DNA from: Myxococcota bacterium
GTDB lineage: Bacteria; Myxococcota_C; UBA6777
Length of the DNA: 46,850 bases
NCBI GenBank assembly: GCA_023150835.1
Contig: JAKLKB010000108.1
Coordinates: 1-46,850 of the forward strand
Direction of reading: 5' to 3'
The notes beneath the pieces were generated by a model. The model was not told where the DNA came from, did no database searches, and saw only the letters and a list, made by a program, of their open reading frames with translations. Every line of letters starts with the position of its first letter. Positions within the stretch are counted from its first letter, which is position 1. Positions 28,737 to 38,585 of this stretch are shown piece by piece. Position numbers and translations under genes: made by a program.

Positions 28737-30167
28737 ATGAGTCAGATCGCCTTTCTAAACCAGCCTTCTATCGGACATTTGAATACGCTTTTGAGCATCG
28801 CCAATCAGATGAAAGCGGAGGGGCATTCGACACGTTTCTTGGTTCCGGGGGGACGGGGCGTCAAGACAGGCATCCAGATCTTGGATACAGGGTTTGCGAT
28901 CCACCAAAAGATCGAACAAAGCGGACACGCCTTTTCGGCATTGCCGCCGGCATGGTCACCGTTGTGGAAAGCGTTGTTTTTGCCGCTCAAGTCGGGCTAT
29001 GCAGAGATCGAGCATGCGTTGGATATCTTTTCTTCGGGCCTTGACCACTACACACGCCACGTCCTCAAACAGATCGAGCGCGAGCGCCCGGATATCTTGG
29101 TGACGGACTTTGGTTTTCCTGCATCAAGCCTTGCTGCGGATATCGCGCAGATCCCGTTTGTGACGGTGTATCACAGCGGCTTGCCGTTTCGCGGAGAAGG
29201 GATCCCTGCGTTTGGAAGCGGCCTTCCCATCGGAGAAAGCGATGAGGCAGAAGCCAAAGCCTACGAGGCCCGTGAGGCCCGACTGTTGGAGCGGATCGAT
29301 GCACGCATCAATCAGGCCAGACGGGCGTTTGGGTTGCCTCCGATCGAGGCCGAGTTTTTGCGTCGTCCTTATTCGCCTTGGCTCAATGTGGTGACCAGCG
29401 CCACCGTGATGGAAGCGCCACGCCAAGATCTCGGAGAGCACACTTTTTTCGTGGGGCCTTGTATCGGAAAGCGGCTCGAATCTTCGGAGGTTTCATTCGA
29501 TTTTTTGCGAAAAGATGCCTACAAGATCTACGTCTCCCTTGGGACCGTGTTTAACCGCAAGCCAGAGGTCTTTCGCAAGATCTTGCGCAGCCTCGATCAA
29601 GAGGCGTATCAGGTGATCGTCAGCGCGGGCGGGGCGTATCCCGCGTTGAGCAAAGGCCCCCTCCCGTCCAATGCCAAGATCTTTCCGAGCGTTCCGCAGA
29701 TCCGATTGCTTTCCGAGATCGACTTGTTTGTTTCTCACGGCGGAAACAACAGCACCAACGAATCGCTTGCGGCGGGCAAGCCTCTGATCGTGCTGCCTGT
29801 GGGCGGAGAACAGGCGGACAATGGCAGCCGCGTGGTGTATCTGGGAGTTGGAAAAAAACTGGATATCCAGCATTTTGAGGAGGCGCAATTGCGTCTTGCT
29901 GTCGAAGAGATCCGCACCACGCCACGTTATCAAGAGCGAGCATCGCAGGTGAGGGAAGGGCTGCGCGAAACCGACGGAGTGGCCGCAGCTTCACGTTGCA
30001 TCGCATGGGTGGCTGCGCATCAAAAGCCCCTACAACGCCCAAAAGATATCCCTCTCACCCTCACACCTGCGGATCTCGACCGATGGTTGGGTTCATTCCC
30101 TGACCCTGCCACGAATCAACCCTCACCCCTGCCCTTCGGGCAGCCCCTCTCCCTGCGACGCTCGTAA
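28737..30167 (+). CDS. GT1 glycosyltransferase (MGT / macrolide-glycosyltransferase-like)
   Basis: GHLN, YVSLGTVFN, and VPQ...FVSHGGNNSTNESLAAGKPLIVLP...EQ (UDPGT signature). Confidence 0.9.
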   Translation: MSQIAFLNQPSIGHLNTLLSIANQMKAEGHSTRFLVPGGRGVKTGIQILDTGFAIHQKIEQSGHAFSALPPAWSPLWKALFLPLKSGYAEIEHALDIFSSGLDHYTRHVLKQIERERPDILVTDFGFPASSLAADIAQIPFVTVYHSGLPFRGEGIPAFGSGLPIGESDEAEAKAYEAREARLLERIDARINQARRAFGLPPIEAEFLRRPYSPWLNVVTSATVMEAPRQDLGEHTFFVGPCIGKRLESSEVSFDFLRKDAYKIYVSLGTVFNRKPEVFRKILRSLDQEAYQVIVSAGGAYPALSKGPLPSNAKIFPSVPQIRLLSEIDLFVSHGGNNSTNESLAAGKPLIVLPVGGEQADNGSRVVYLGVGKKLDIQHFEEAQLRLAVEEIRTTPRYQERASQVREGLRETDGVAAASRCIAWVAAHQKPLQRPKDIPLTLTPADLDRWLGSFPDPATNQPSPLPFGQPLSLRRS

Positions 30168-30378
30168 AGCCTCGCTGCAAGGCGAGGGGAAACCAGAGAG
30201 CCGCGATTTTGGCCGCATGGAGCAGCGAACCAGCTTTTGTTTCCATCTGTGTCAAGGCTGACGCCAAGCCTGATCCACTCGATCCCTTCAGCTTTTTACA
30301 GCGAGCTTCGCTCTTCTTCCCCTTGCCTCCGCAGCACAGCAAGCGATCCGTCATGTACGTTTCTCTTGGATATCGTAT

Positions 30379-32694
30379 TTACGGATGGATGGGGAGAAAA
30401 GGGTGGAACGGGATCTCTTCGGAGAAGCGAAGAAAAGGATGGGGCGCGGTGGGAGGAGGGAGGGGTTCGAGCATCTCGATCTGGGTTTGGAGGATCAAGG
30501 AAAAGCGGTTGCGGTCGGGAAACCCCGAAGGGTTCAGGCGAAGGGCCATGACGCGATCGGCGCGGGAGTGTTCGGCCAGCTTGGAGAGGACGCGCAACAA
30601 AGCGTGGGGATCGCGGAGTTTGAGGTGCAGAGAAATTCGATGCAGCGAAAAGAAGCGACAGATCCGACGGGGGCTTGGAGAGGACTCGATGCGGCACAGG
30701 GGGAGCTTTCGTCGTGGTGTTTGCCATGAGAGATGGCGGATCGAGATCGTCGGATGTGTCAAAGCCGTGTGGAGAGCGGAGAGCAAGGGAAAGGCGGGGT
30801 CAAAGCGCCGTGAGGCGTTGGTGCCAAGCGGGATCAGCAGGCGTCGCATATCAAAGATCGCTTGTTCGATCTTGTCGGTGGATAGGTAAGAAACAGAGAT
30901 CCCGTTGACTTTGACATCGCGCAGGCGTTGTGCGCGCTCGAAACCGTTGAGGGTCAAGCGGCTGAGTTCGCGTGTTCCAAAAAGCAGCGTGGTGGCGCGG
31001 ACTTTTTCATTTTGGATATCGACGGACGCAAGGCGCGTGCGTGAGGGCATATAGCGAAACATCGCACGCAGGGCGGAGAAGACGCTTTCGAGATCAGCTT
31101 TTCCACGCCACGCTTCGGGATCGGTCCAACGGGCCGAAGGGAGGCGGTCGGAGGTGCGCCAAGCCCACAAGCCGAGGATACCGTCGTCCGTGATATCGGC
31201 TTCATCGCGGCGTTCGAACAGATCGCGAAAGATCAAACCAACGCGAGCACGCCGAGCCAATGCGCGCATGGAAGCCTCGATCTGTTCAAAGGCGATGTAT
31301 CGGGCGTCTCCAGCGCGTACGGTGTGTTGTTTTCCGTCGATGGAGACGGTGATCTCGCGTCGATAGCCTGTGTTGGGATAGAGTTGAAAAAAGCCCTTGT
31401 GTTGGAGAGAGCGCAGGAGATCCGCGAATTCTTGGGGGGGGAGTGCGATCTTCCAGATCTTTCCTGAGACAGGGGCCGGTTTGGCGTCCCATCGTGCATC
31501 GTGGATCAGCAAAGGCATCCAACCGACCCCAAAGACGGGATGGATCAGTCGGTACAAGATCCAGCTTTTTGGGGGTGGGTAAGTGGACGGGATCGCGGAG
31601 AGGGCGGTTGATGGGGCGGCTTGGTGTTGTTTCCATGCTTTGGCCGAGCGGATCTGCCAGATCCGCCAGAGCGGATAAGCGGGGCGTCGAGGAGGGAGAG
31701 GGAAGAGATGGGGGGATTGTTGATGAAGCTGCTGCGCAAGATCTGCGAGTAGAATGCGCGAAAGAAAGCGCAGCGAGCCGTTTTTGTGTCGACGAAAGTG
31801 CATCAGGCGGTCGACCGTTTGGGCATCGGGAAAGTTGGGCAGCAAGCGCAACAGGCTTGCGGTGGCGTTGATGGACATCGCGGTCGATTCGAGTCCTCGG
31901 AGGATGAGATGTCGTTGCATCGAAGAAGGCAACCGCGTGAGGGCATTGAGCGCGTGTTCGTGCAGCGTCGGGTCATGGTGTTGAAGGTAGCGCAAAAGGA
32001 TATCCGCGCAGCGTGTGATCTGGAGCATCCCCAAAGCGCGCAAGAGCAATCTTGGGCGGGTCGTGGTTGCAAAAGCTCGGCATATCGGGGCTTCTGCTTG
32101 TTGGCCGTAGGACAGCAGCCCTCCAAGGATCAACATCCCAGCTTGATCGTCGTATTCTTGGGCCATCTTGATTAACACCGATAATGCGGCTGGAGCTTTC
32201 CATTGAGCGAGGGCGATGGATGCAAGAAGTCGAACGCGAGGGCTTTTGTGTTCGAGGGCTTGTTCGAGCATGGGTTTGTGAGCGGGGCCACGCCGTGTCC
32301 ATTCGCCCAAGAGTGCGCGTTGTTGATCCCAGTTTCGGCGCTGGAACAAGGCGATCAGTTCGGTAGGCGTTTGGGTTTCTAGCGTGGGGAGCGGTAGATA
32401 GGGACTTTTGGGGCGCGAACGTCGAGGCTGTGGCTTGGGCAGCGCAAATGGCAGAGAAGTGGGGAGGCCTTGAGAAAGATCCACCGAGCGAAAGCTCTCG
32501 TCAGGTTCGGGTTTTTTGGGCAGAGGCTGATTTTGGGAAGGCGGCGACACACGCAAGGGCGGCGATATCCTCAAGGGTAGCGATATACGTAGTGGGCGCG
32601 ATGTAGGCCGAACATTCGGCTTTTCAGGTGTTGCCAAGGACGGAAGGCTGTGAAGTGCGACACACAGCCAGAGAGCCAACAAACAAAAACGCAT
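30379..32694 (-). CDS. Secreted HEAT-repeat protein
   Basis: Signal peptide MRFCLLALWLCVALHS..., Pro-rich linker, HEAT-like helices (LEQALEHKSPRVRLLASIALA). Confidence 0.7.
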   Translation of the reverse strand: MRFCLLALWLCVALHSLPSLATPEKPNVRPTSRPLRISLPLRISPPLRVSPPSQNQPLPKKPEPDESFRSVDLSQGLPTSLPFALPKPQPRRSRPKSPYLPLPTLETQTPTELIALFQRRNWDQQRALLGEWTRRGPAHKPMLEQALEHKSPRVRLLASIALAQWKAPAALSVLIKMAQEYDDQAGMLILGGLLSYGQQAEAPICRAFATTTRPRLLLRALGMLQITRCADILLRYLQHHDPTLHEHALNALTRLPSSMQRHLILRGLESTAMSINATASLLRLLPNFPDAQTVDRLMHFRRHKNGSLRFLSRILLADLAQQLHQQSPHLFPLPPRRPAYPLWRIWQIRSAKAWKQHQAAPSTALSAIPSTYPPPKSWILYRLIHPVFGVGWMPLLIHDARWDAKPAPVSGKIWKIALPPQEFADLLRSLQHKGFFQLYPNTGYRREITVSIDGKQHTVRAGDARYIAFEQIEASMRALARRARVGLIFRDLFERRDEADITDDGILGLWAWRTSDRLPSARWTDPEAWRGKADLESVFSALRAMFRYMPSRTRLASVDIQNEKVRATTLLFGTRELSRLTLNGFERAQRLRDVKVNGISVSYLSTDKIEQAIFDMRRLLIPLGTNASRRFDPAFPLLSALHTALTHPTISIRHLSWQTPRRKLPLCRIESSPSPRRICRFFSLHRISLHLKLRDPHALLRVLSKLAEHSRADRVMALRLNPSGFPDRNRFSLILQTQIEMLEPLPPPTAPHPFLRFSEEIPFHPFLPIHP

Positions 32695-32710
32695 CGGGAT
32701 CTTTTCTCCA

Positions 32711-32865
32711 TGAGGACTGGCGCGGTTGGATTCGGTTGTGTGGGGTTTCACCCCACGCCCCGCAAGGGAGCGCGGCTCTATGGACCCCGTATTGGCGAAG
32801 AGACCGCAGGTTTTTCAACACAACGACCCTGTCGCTTGGGTGTTCGCGAACACGGCTTTTTTGGC
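32711..32865 (+). mobile_element. MITE-family long copy
   Basis: Degenerate TIR GAGGACTGGCGCGGTT. TGTGTGGGGTTTCACCCCACGCCC is identical to 38432-38455. Downstream similarity to the 7131-7279 copy. Confidence 0.65.
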
Positions 32866-33165
32866 CACAAGTCACTCTTCTCTCCGTTTGAAAAACGCTG
32901 TTCGCCCCGAAAGCGACCAAGGCCGCCTTGCGAAGCAGGCGAAGCGAAGTTTGGGCCGCGCCCCACAACACAAATCAACAGACTTCTTATCCGCGATTGA
33001 ACACAGCGACAAGTGTGTCCTGTCTTGAGGACATGGCGACAAAGACGCCGAATGGCCGCTTGTTTGGGAAGAAAAAGCGGTGTTGACAAGTGGGGGGAGG
33101 GATCTGTACATACCAAGGGCGCGTTCGATGGCGGGGCAACAAATATTGTGTTGGAAAGGATCAGT

Positions 33166-33891
33166 ATGCAAGCGATCTTACTTTGTGGCGGATTATCGAC
33201 TCGTTTGGGAGACATTACAAAAGAGACCCCCAAGATCTTGTTGGAGATCGGCGGAAAGACGGTGTTGCAGCACCAAGTTGAATTGTTGGTAGAAGCTGGC
33301 GTTGAAGAAGTGGTGTTGGCGAGCGGCCATTTGCACGATATCTTGCAAGAGCGCGTGGGTTCGAGTCTTGGGGGGACGCCGATCCGTTATGTTCGCGAAG
33401 AAAAGCGCCTCGGCACAGGGGGCGCGATCAAAAATGCGATGAAGGCGATCACACGGTTTCCGGCCTTTGTACTCAACGGCGATATCTTGTTGGATGCTTC
33501 GTTGCGCAAGATGGCTTTGGCCTTGCGTCCAGAGATGGATGGGATCTTGTTGGGGGTTGAAGTCGAAGATGCCCGTAGCTACGGAAGGCTGGTGTTTGAG
33601 CCAGACACCCTGCATATCCAACAATTCGTGGAAAAAGATCCCAACCACCAAGGCGCAGGCCATATCAACGGCGGTGTGTATTTGTTCCAATCGTCGATCC
33701 AGTCATATTTTCCAGATAGAGAGAGTTTTTCGGTCGAGTACGATGTTTTTCCGTACGTCAAGAGCCTGTATATCCACCCGTACAAGGGGACATGGATCGA
33801 TATCGGAACGCCCGAAAGACTGGCCTTTGCGCGAGAAAACTTGACCCATCTGATCCAAGTTCAACGCGGCGAGGGGAATTCGCATGGGTGA
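33166..33891 (+). CDS. NDP-sugar pyrophosphorylase-family nucleotidyltransferase
   Basis: AILLCGGLSTRL...PK, LGTGGAI, LNGD, FVEK, INGGVY and WIDIGTPE. Confidence 0.92.
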   Translation: MQAILLCGGLSTRLGDITKETPKILLEIGGKTVLQHQVELLVEAGVEEVVLASGHLHDILQERVGSSLGGTPIRYVREEKRLGTGGAIKNAMKAITRFPAFVLNGDILLDASLRKMALALRPEMDGILLGVEVEDARSYGRLVFEPDTLHIQQFVEKDPNHQGAGHINGGVYLFQSSIQSYFPDRESFSVEYDVFPYVKSLYIHPYKGTWIDIGTPERLAFARENLTHLIQVQRGEGNSHG

Positions 33892-34693
33892 GCGGCGACC
33901 GATCATCACGATGACAACGGACTTTGGGACGCAAGATGCGTACGTGGGGATCATGAAAGGCGTGATCGCGGGTATCGCCTCAGAGGTCGGTGTGATCGAC
34001 TTGAGCCACCAAGTCCCCCCCCAAGATATCCAAAAAGCAGCCTTTTTGTTGTGGTCAGCGGTGGAAGCGTTTCCTGCGGGGACGGTGCATCTGGTGGTGG
34101 TGGACCCGGGGGTGGGCAGTGCGCGCCGAGCGATCGCAGCGAGCGCGGGTGGGCACTTTTTTGTGGCCCCAGACAACGGTGTGTTATGGCCGTCATTGCA
34201 GCGTTTCCCAAAGATCCGCGTCGCTCATCTCGATAAGTCCGCTTTTTGGCGCAACGAAGTTTCGCACACCTTTCATGGCCGCGATATCTTTTCACCTGTA
34301 GCCGCGCATCTGGCGATGGGTACGCCGTTGTCGGAGCTGGGGACGATGATCGATGATCCTGCGGAGTTCGAGCTGTTTGACCTTGAGGGCGATGGTGAAC
34401 GGATCTGGGGGCGGGTGATCGAGGTGGATCGCTTTGGCAATCTTTGTACGAATATCTCGCGGGGGACGCTGCGGATGTTTGAAGAGCTTTCGGGGATCGC
34501 GTTGCATATCGGTTCGCACCGTGTGACGGGCGGAATCCATCGCACCTTCTCGGATGTCGAGGTCGGGGAGATCGTCGCTTATTTTAACAGCTTCGGTCTG
34601 CTCGAAGTGGCGGCGCGAAACGGCTACGCAGCGCGGATCTTGGATGTCGAGGTCAACGCACCCGTTTGGCTCACCACACAAGAGGGCATGTAA
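33884..34693 (+). CDS. SAM hydrolase / halogenase family (DUF62)
   Basis: TTDFG..DAYVGIMKGVI, VVDPGVGSARR, PDNG, TFHGRDIFSPVAA and DRFGN. Confidence 0.92.
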   Translation: MGERRPIITMTTDFGTQDAYVGIMKGVIAGIASEVGVIDLSHQVPPQDIQKAAFLLWSAVEAFPAGTVHLVVVDPGVGSARRAIAASAGGHFFVAPDNGVLWPSLQRFPKIRVAHLDKSAFWRNEVSHTFHGRDIFSPVAAHLAMGTPLSELGTMIDDPAEFELFDLEGDGERIWGRVIEVDRFGNLCTNISRGTLRMFEELSGIALHIGSHRVTGGIHRTFSDVEVGEIVAYFNSFGLLEVAARNGYAARILDVEVNAPVWLTTQEGM

Positions 34694-34720
34694 CTGTGCG
34701 AAAAGCCCAGCGAAAAATAC

Positions 34721-34940
34721 AAACCAAGCGAGACGCACAACCCACACAAACCAAGCGAGACGCACAACCCACACAACCAACGCAAGCCAAAACCAAGCGA
34801 GACGCACAACCCACACAACCAACGCAAGCCAAAACCAAGCGAGACGCACCGCCAACGCAAGCCAAAACCAAGCGAGACGCACCGCCAACACCATCCAACA
34901 CCAAGCAAGAGGCGCAACTCACGCCAACCAAGCGAGATGT
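34721..34940. repeat. Frame-preserving tandem repeats (27/42/33-bp units) upstream of rlmD
   Basis: Core AAACCAAGCGAGACGCAC five times plus two degenerate copies. Confidence 0.9.
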
Positions 34941-34956
34941 GCAGCGTGTTGTTGAG

Positions 34957-36615
34957 ATGGAGAAAAAAGGGGACAGACGGAACGGAAAAGCGGGTGATCC
35001 TCAAGAGATAGGTCAGCTTTACGAGGTGTTGATCCACGATGTAAGCGCCCAAGGATACGGGGTTGGGCGCGATCCGCTTGGGCGTGCGGTCTTTGTTCCG
35101 TTGTCGGCCCCGGGTGACACGGTGCGCGCAAAAGTCGTACAACAACAACCGCGTTACTGGCAAGGCGAGATCGTCGAAGTGTTGCAAGCCTCGGCACAGC
35201 GGGTCGAACCGCGATGCCGTCATTTTGGTGTGTGTGGCGGGTGTGATTGGCAACACCTCGATCCAAAGACACAGACATCTGCGAAGCAGCAGATCTTGTT
35301 TGAAACCCTCCGTCGTGTCGGAAAGATCGATCTTGCAGAAGTGCCACGTATCTCTTCTTCTGCGCAGGTTTGGGGATGCCGCGATCGTGCGCGCTTTCAT
35401 GTCGATGAACATGGTCGATTGGGATTTTTTGCGCGTGGTTCTCGCCAACACGTCGCGATCTCTCGCTGTCCTGTCTTGCACCCCGCTTTGCAGCGTCTCG
35501 TATCGATCTTGCGCGAATATACCCCCAAATTGTTGTTGCCGTTGCATGAGATCTGTGTCTTGGCTGAAGATTCGTGCGAAACGATGGAAGGTTCGGTCGT
35601 TTCGGAAGGTTCGGTTGTTTCGGAAGGCTCGGCTGTTTCGGAAGGCTCGGCTGTTTCGGAAGATTCAGTCGTTTCGGAAGGTTCGGCTGTTGTTGTTGGG
35701 GCGGCTGTTTCGGAAGATTCGGCTATTTTGGAAGATTCGGCTGTTTCCAAGGGCGAACAGCACTTATTTATGGATATCTGTACGGTATCTTCGGAGGGAT
35801 GGTTGTCAGCGCGTGCAGAGGCGGGTGTTTTGCTGTCTTTTCATTTGGATCATGCGGCGCAGTCGTGGAATGCTGCGAAGTGGAAAGATGCAAAAGCCGA
35901 GTACTTGGGCTGGTTCGAGAGATTGAGAGCGGAGGCGGTGGATATCCGAGGGGCTTCGTTGTGGTGCGAGACGAAACGGATCGCGCAGTGGGGCGAAGAG
36001 GTGCTGCGGGTAGGAGAAGAAGGCGTTCGTTATCGAGCCGAAGGGTTTGCACAGGCGAACTTTCGACAGAATCAAGTGTTGCGGGAGGCGGTGCGTTCGG
36101 TGGTTGCGCGTGTTTCGCCTCGTCATCTGGTGGAGATCTATGCGGGCAGCGGGAATCTGAGTTTTGCGGTTGTCAAAGAGTGCGAGCGGCTGTTGGCTTT
36201 GGAAGGAAACCCCCAAGCGGTTGAAGACGCGCAAGAAACGCTGCGGAGGCTCAGGGAGGAGCGGCGTCTGCCTTCGGTGGGGATAGATATCCTGCGTTTT
36301 GATGATCGCTTCGATCGATTGGAGGATATCTGCGCAAAGATGGCGATGAAGGTGGACTTGTTGTTGGTGGACCCACCGCGTCGAGGGATCGCCAAAGAGA
36401 TGATGCAGCAGATCAACTTGTTGCGTCCGCCAGCGATCGTGTACGTTTCTTGTGATCCCGCGACGTTGGCGCGAGATCTTCACGGATGGATCGGTCTGGG
36501 TTACCAACTCGAACACCTTGAGATCGTGGATCTGATGCCGCAAACGGCCCACCTCGAAGCCGTGTCGTTGTTGCGCCTGTCCCATCCGCGCCCAGCGACT
36601 CGGTGGCAGTCATAA
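34957..36615 (+). CDS. rlmD: 23S rRNA (uracil-C5)-methyltransferase, RlmD/TrmA family
   Basis: TRAM domain, CRHFGVCGGC Fe-S motif, FAQAN, IYAGSG, DPPRRG, YVSCDP and PQTAHLE. An alternative in-frame GTG lies at 34696. Confidence 0.88.
   Translation: MEKKGDRRNGKAGDPQEIGQLYEVLIHDVSAQGYGVGRDPLGRAVFVPLSAPGDTVRAKVVQQQPRYWQGEIVEVLQASAQRVEPRCRHFGVCGGCDWQHLDPKTQTSAKQQILFETLRRVGKIDLAEVPRISSSAQVWGCRDRARFHVDEHGRLGFFARGSRQHVAISRCPVLHPALQRLVSILREYTPKLLLPLHEICVLAEDSCETMEGSVVSEGSVVSEGSAVSEGSAVSEDSVVSEGSAVVVGAAVSEDSAILEDSAVSKGEQHLFMDICTVSSEGWLSARAEAGVLLSFHLDHAAQSWNAAKWKDAKAEYLGWFERLRAEAVDIRGASLWCETKRIAQWGEEVLRVGEEGVRYRAEGFAQANFRQNQVLREAVRSVVARVSPRHLVEIYAGSGNLSFAVVKECERLLALEGNPQAVEDAQETLRRLREERRLPSVGIDILRFDDRFDRLEDICAKMAMKVDLLLVDPPRRGIAKEMMQQINLLRPPAIVYVSCDPATLARDLHGWIGLGYQLEHLEIVDLMPQTAHLEAVSLLRLSHPRPATRWQS
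35587..35748. repeat. 18-bp coding tandem repeat inserted in rlmD (SEGSAV-type)
   Basis: GAAG(G/A)(T/C)TCGG(C/T)(T/C)GTTTCG-type units, about nine including degenerate ones. Confidence 0.88.
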
Positions 36616-36808
36616 CGCTGTGTGTGGCAGGCTGAGAGCAGGGCGAAAGACCCCGAAGGGTATCCTCCGAGAGCTGACGGGAGTCCTTGATGCTGCGCGG
36701 AGGCATACAAGACAGGAGAGACACCCAAGTTGTATCCTCCGAGATCTGACGGGAGACGGTGATGCTGTGGCTGTGAGACGGGCGAAAAGCCCCGAAGGGA
36801 GGGCTGAG

Positions 36809-37204
36809 ATGATCGAGACGTGGGCAGCGCTGGTGGGGATGGTGTTGGGGGCAGCATGGTTGGGGCGATGGTATGCGGTGCGGGTGTTGCGCCCGCGTTA
36901 TCAGGGGATCGTGGAGCGGGCTTGTGGGCGTTTGATGGCGCAGATGTGCGATGCGAAGCCTCCGTTGTTGCGAGCAGAAGGGCTGGGTTCGCCCGAAGAA
37001 GGGGGGCAATGCCAGCGGGTGTTGTTGGTGTTTGCGGGAGAAGCGGAGCTTGCGCAGATCGAAGAAGACGGACAGTCCGCTGTGTACGATCAGCGCTTGC
37101 GTGAGGCGTTGCTTGCAGAAGGGTATCCGATGAGCTTGGTGGGGGCTGTGCAGATCGAGCGGTGGACCGAACGTGGTCGAAAGCAAGCTGAAAAAGCCCT
37201 TTGA
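36809..37204 (+). CDS. Small hypothetical membrane-anchored protein
   Basis: ATG after GGAGGG, with an N-terminal TM helix (WAALVGMVLGAAWLG). Confidence 0.55.
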   Translation: MIETWAALVGMVLGAAWLGRWYAVRVLRPRYQGIVERACGRLMAQMCDAKPPLLRAEGLGSPEEGGQCQRVLLVFAGEAELAQIEEDGQSAVYDQRLREALLAEGYPMSLVGAVQIERWTERGRKQAEKAL

Positions 37205-37306
37205 CCTTCGGGGTGAGATTTGCTATATGCCACCCTCTTTTGAGGAGACAAGCAAAGATCGAAGGGATCGTGTTTGTTGTGTTTCTCCACCAAGATGAGG
37301 CGTGTC

Positions 37307-38407
37307 ATGTCCCTGAGTATCGGTATTGTGGGTTTGCCCAACGTCGGAAAAAGTACAACCTTTAACGCGCTCACCAAAGCGCAAAATGCGGAAGCTGCGA
37401 ACTATCCGTTTTGCACCATCGAGCCGAACAAAGCGATCGTGGTGGTTCCCGACGTGCGTGTGGACAAGCTCGTCGAGATGGCAAAGCCTCAACGCACGTT
37501 GTATGCAACGGTGGAGTTTGTGGATATCGCGGGCTTGGTCAAAGGGGCGAGCCGAGGCGAGGGGTTGGGCAACCAGTTTTTGGCCAACATCCGCGAGACC
37601 GCTGCGATCGTGCATGTCGTCCGTTGTTTCGAGGATGACAACATCTTGCACGTCAACAACAAGCCCAATCCAGCCGACGATATCGAGGTGATCAACACGG
37701 AACTGATCCTCGCCGATATCCAACAGCTAGAGCGTAAGATCGAACGCACGCAACGCCAAGCCAAGGCCGACCGCAAGCTCCAGCCCTTGATGGACGAAGC
37801 CACCCGCCTCAAAGGGTATCTCGATGCCGGAAATATGGTGATCACCTATCAACCCGCCCACCAAGAAAGCTACGACGCGCTCTTACAAGAGATGCGCTTT
37901 ATTACCCAAAAGAAGGTGATCTTTGCTGCCAACGTCGACGAGGCCGGTCTTACCGAAGACAACGCGATGGTCAAACAAGTCCGCGCTATCGCCGCCGCCC
38001 AAGGTGCCGAAGTCGTCAAGCTGTGTGCCAAGCTCGAAGAAGAGATGGGCGGCCTGAGCGATGAAGAACGTGATGAATTTCTCGCCTCTGCGGGTGTCAA
38101 AGAAAGCGGTCTTTCGCAAGTCATCCAAAAAAGCTTTCGAGCGCTTGGCCTGATCAACTACTTTACGGTGGGTGTGAAAGAAGTGCGGGCGTGGACGATC
38201 CACGAAGGTTGGACAGCCCCCCAAGCTGCGGGCGTGATCCACTCCGACTTTGAACGCGGATTTATCCGCGCACAAGTCATCGCGTATGACGACTTTGTCC
38301 GTTGTAAGGGCGAAGCGGGTGCCAAGGCCGCTGGTGTGATGCGCGTCGAAGGCAAAGAATACGTCGTCAAAGACGGCGATATCATGCACTTCCTCTTCAA
38401 CGTGTAG
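37307..38407 (+). CDS. ychF: Redox-regulated ATPase YchF
   Basis: [43 protein letters not shown], and a TGS-domain end [11 protein letters not shown]. Confidence 0.98.
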   Translation: MSLSIGIVGLPNVGKSTTFNALTKAQNAEAANYPFCTIEPNKAIVVVPDVRVDKLVEMAKPQRTLYATVEFVDIAGLVKGASRGEGLGNQFLANIRETAAIVHVVRCFEDDNILHVNNKPNPADDIEVINTELILADIQQLERKIERTQRQAKADRKLQPLMDEATRLKGYLDAGNMVITYQPAHQESYDALLQEMRFITQKKVIFAANVDEAGLTEDNAMVKQVRAIAAAQGAEVVKLCAKLEEEMGGLSDEERDEFLASAGVKESGLSQVIQKSFRALGLINYFTVGVKEVRAWTIHEGWTAPQAAGVIHSDFERGFIRAQVIAYDDFVRCKGEAGAKAAGVMRVEGKEYVVKDGDIMHFLFNV

Positions 38408-38431
38408 TGTCCATACGTTCTTGTTTTCGGA

Positions 38432-38560
38432 TGTGTGGGGTTTCACCCCACGCCCTACTGCCTTAGCGCGGCTCCCTTGACCCCGTATCGGCGGGGTGAG
38501 CGTTCCTTTTTCAAACCAACGACTCTGCCGCTTGGCATGTCGCGAACGCGTCTGCTTTTT
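38432..38560 (+). mobile_element. MITE-family long copy between ychF and intI
   Basis: 24-bp exact matches to both the 7200 and 32737 copies, plus a shared downstream TTTTTCAA..CAACGAC.CTG.CGCTTGG...TCGCGAAC block. No clear TIR. Confidence 0.65.
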
Positions 38561-38585
38561 CTTCTCCACTGCGCGATGATCTCGT

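Noticed and set aside
33884-34693. Fluorinase/chlorinase natural-product gene
   Set aside because: The housekeeping context and the DUF62-type motifs (R in GSARR, H in TFHGRD) fit a SAM hydrolase. No biosynthetic cluster is present.
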